Under the pieces are notes generated by a model. It was not told where the DNA came from. It searched no databases and saw nothing but the letters and a program-made list of their open reading frames with translations. The position numbers and the translations under genes were made by a program. Of a stretch of DNA of 64,000 nt, positions 62,551 to 64,000 are shown piece after piece. The DNA comes from Bigelowiella natans CCMP2755. Taxonomy: Eukaryota; Protista; Cercozoa. The stretch covers positions 141,057 through 205,056 of the forward strand of contig ADNK01000029.1 of NCBI GenBank assembly GCA_000320545.1, given 5' to 3'. The first letter of the stretch is position 1, and every line of letters starts with the position of its first letter.

Positions 62551-63773
62551 TTAAGCGTGGAAAAGTGAATCCTGGTTTAATTTAGCTGAAACTAAACTGA
62601 AAGCACTTTTGTTTAAAGACAAAATATTGCTGAAACCTTTAAGCTTGTGTACTTTGAACTTCGAGTTATCTAATACAGAGGACAGATATCGATGAGATGT
62701 TGCAAAGTATATTTTGTCAAGATAACTGGCGTTCGATAACTCTACATACCCTTCTTAGAACGGAATGCTCCAGACCTACAATAAGGATCAATTATAAGTA
62801 TATTTTCGTCAGAAAATCCTACGGTTAGCTGCGTACCATTGTTCAAGACGCGAGCATCTACTATACCGCGACCACGTGGACCTTAGGGATCATTGAAAGG
62901 TAAGAAATTTTCGCGATGATCGAAGTTATAAATTTAGCTCCTGACCTTCCACGTAAAATGTTGTTCTGGCAATAGCTCGGTTGTATCGGTCTCGGTACTC
63001 TTCTATTGCTACCTGCTGTCGAGCACGACGGCATTCACAGCCCTGCAGACCATCAAAAAGTATGTAAGTAATCCATCTCATTTGTGCATTCTGGTGAGAA
63101 TATGCGATTGAGAGCGCGTTTGCTGTTTAGTGTATTGCATCAAGCTACCATTTGCTGACAGTTTACGACGATAACGATGATGATGACGACGACACATACC
63201 TGTCCAAATGCATGCAGTGGAGTGCCTAGTTTTCGAGCGACAACTGGCTCGAGTTTTACTTTCCGAAACGCACTATTCGCGATATAAGATTTTTAGTTAC
63301 AGGTCCAAGTGGTACTTCTTCTTCTTCTCCTTCTTCTTCTTCTTCTTCATGTTAGGACCTATCCATCAATGCTTGTGGGCCTGCAAGCAGGTAAGATCCC
63401 AGAGATAATACAGATCCTCCCGCAAGAACAACCCACGCGCCCCAGAATACACGTGTCTTCGCTTTCTCAATCTTTAGATAAATAGGATGCAATATCAACT
63501 CTGTTTGTATAGCAGAAATAGTTTTGATCACCCTTTTGTCAAACTTCACGACTCCGGCCGGCTTTTGATGCACAGGTATCATAGAACGCGGCAACGGCCT
63601 TCAATTGATGATGATACAAGGTAAGTCCCGTAAATGAATGGGGGAAAAGCATGGTTGGGGGGTGACAATTTTTCAATATGGCCTTTGGCATTAGTTGGTC
63701 ATTACCTTTTTCTCCTCGATCCTGTTGTGAAGGTCCTTAAATTAGGGCCCTTTCGCACGAACCGAGCAGCCAT
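62551..63773 (-). CDS. TIM21: Mitochondrial inner-membrane translocase subunit Tim21-like
   Basis: Presequence MAARFVRKGPNLRTFTTGSRRKR; one TM (VFWGAWVVLAGGSVLSLGSYLL); then AFRKVKLEPVVARKLGTPLHAFGQ and RTTFYVE|GPRGRGIV. 3' end approximate. Confidence 0.75.
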
Positions 63774-64000
63774 TATCTGTCAACAAATCGCCTCCTTCCT
63801 TGTTCATGAGGCATTATTAGATATTCAGTTCGTTAGTTTAATATTCACATCCTTGACATCTCTCCGTACTTTGTATCGGCCCGAAAATACTTATTCAGTG
63901 TTATCGTAACTAACATCATTATTATTCCAACGTAATATTAAAGTTTCTGTACCAATGGGAATAGGAAAGCATGAAGGTAGATTGACATACACGTACTTCT

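Noticed and set aside
1-64000. tRNA, rRNA, snRNA, transposase or viral genes
   Set aside because: No cloverleaf/T-loop, rRNA, RT, integrase or transposase signatures recognised by eye. tRNAscan-SE and Infernal would be needed to exclude them formally.

Overview
Intron-rich eukaryotic (protist) nuclear DNA with GT-AG introns, many intronic microsatellites, and about 19 protein-coding genes. Most are only partly visible in the ORF track; I rebuilt them by hand across splice sites. In order: NF-YB(-), TPR protein(+), mitochondrial ATPase inhibitor IF1(-), MetAP1(+), stand-alone ATP-dependent RNA ligase(-), four-domain EEEE voltage-gated Ca2+ channel(+), TYW5(-), isochorismatase-family hydrolase(+), low-complexity unknown(-), WH2-like + Ca-regulated actin-bundling protein(+), PX-C2-histidine phosphatase(-), TrpRS with signal-peptide-like leader(+), FAD monooxygenase(-), RRM/hnRNP-Q-acidic/RGG protein(+), acidic unknown(-), SSX2IP/Msd1-like(+), 2OG-Fe(II) dioxygenase(-), PRP38(+), TIM21(-). 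Several leaders look like signal peptide plus transit peptide, suggesting an alga with a complex plastid; a chlorarachniophyte is my inference, not proven. The strongest signal is architectural. Gene orientation alternates strictly across all 19 genes, giving head-to-head pairs on 0.3-1.2 kb shared promoters that often contain TTGTCGCA. The pairs are separated by 0.6-1.1 kb tail-to-tail spacers rich in short palindromes and purine-pyrimidine alternation, which carry a recurrent AGCTAGATAG 10-mer and a ~60-90 bp GGATG...CATCC repeat family. No tRNA, rRNA, CRISPR array or transposase was recognised.
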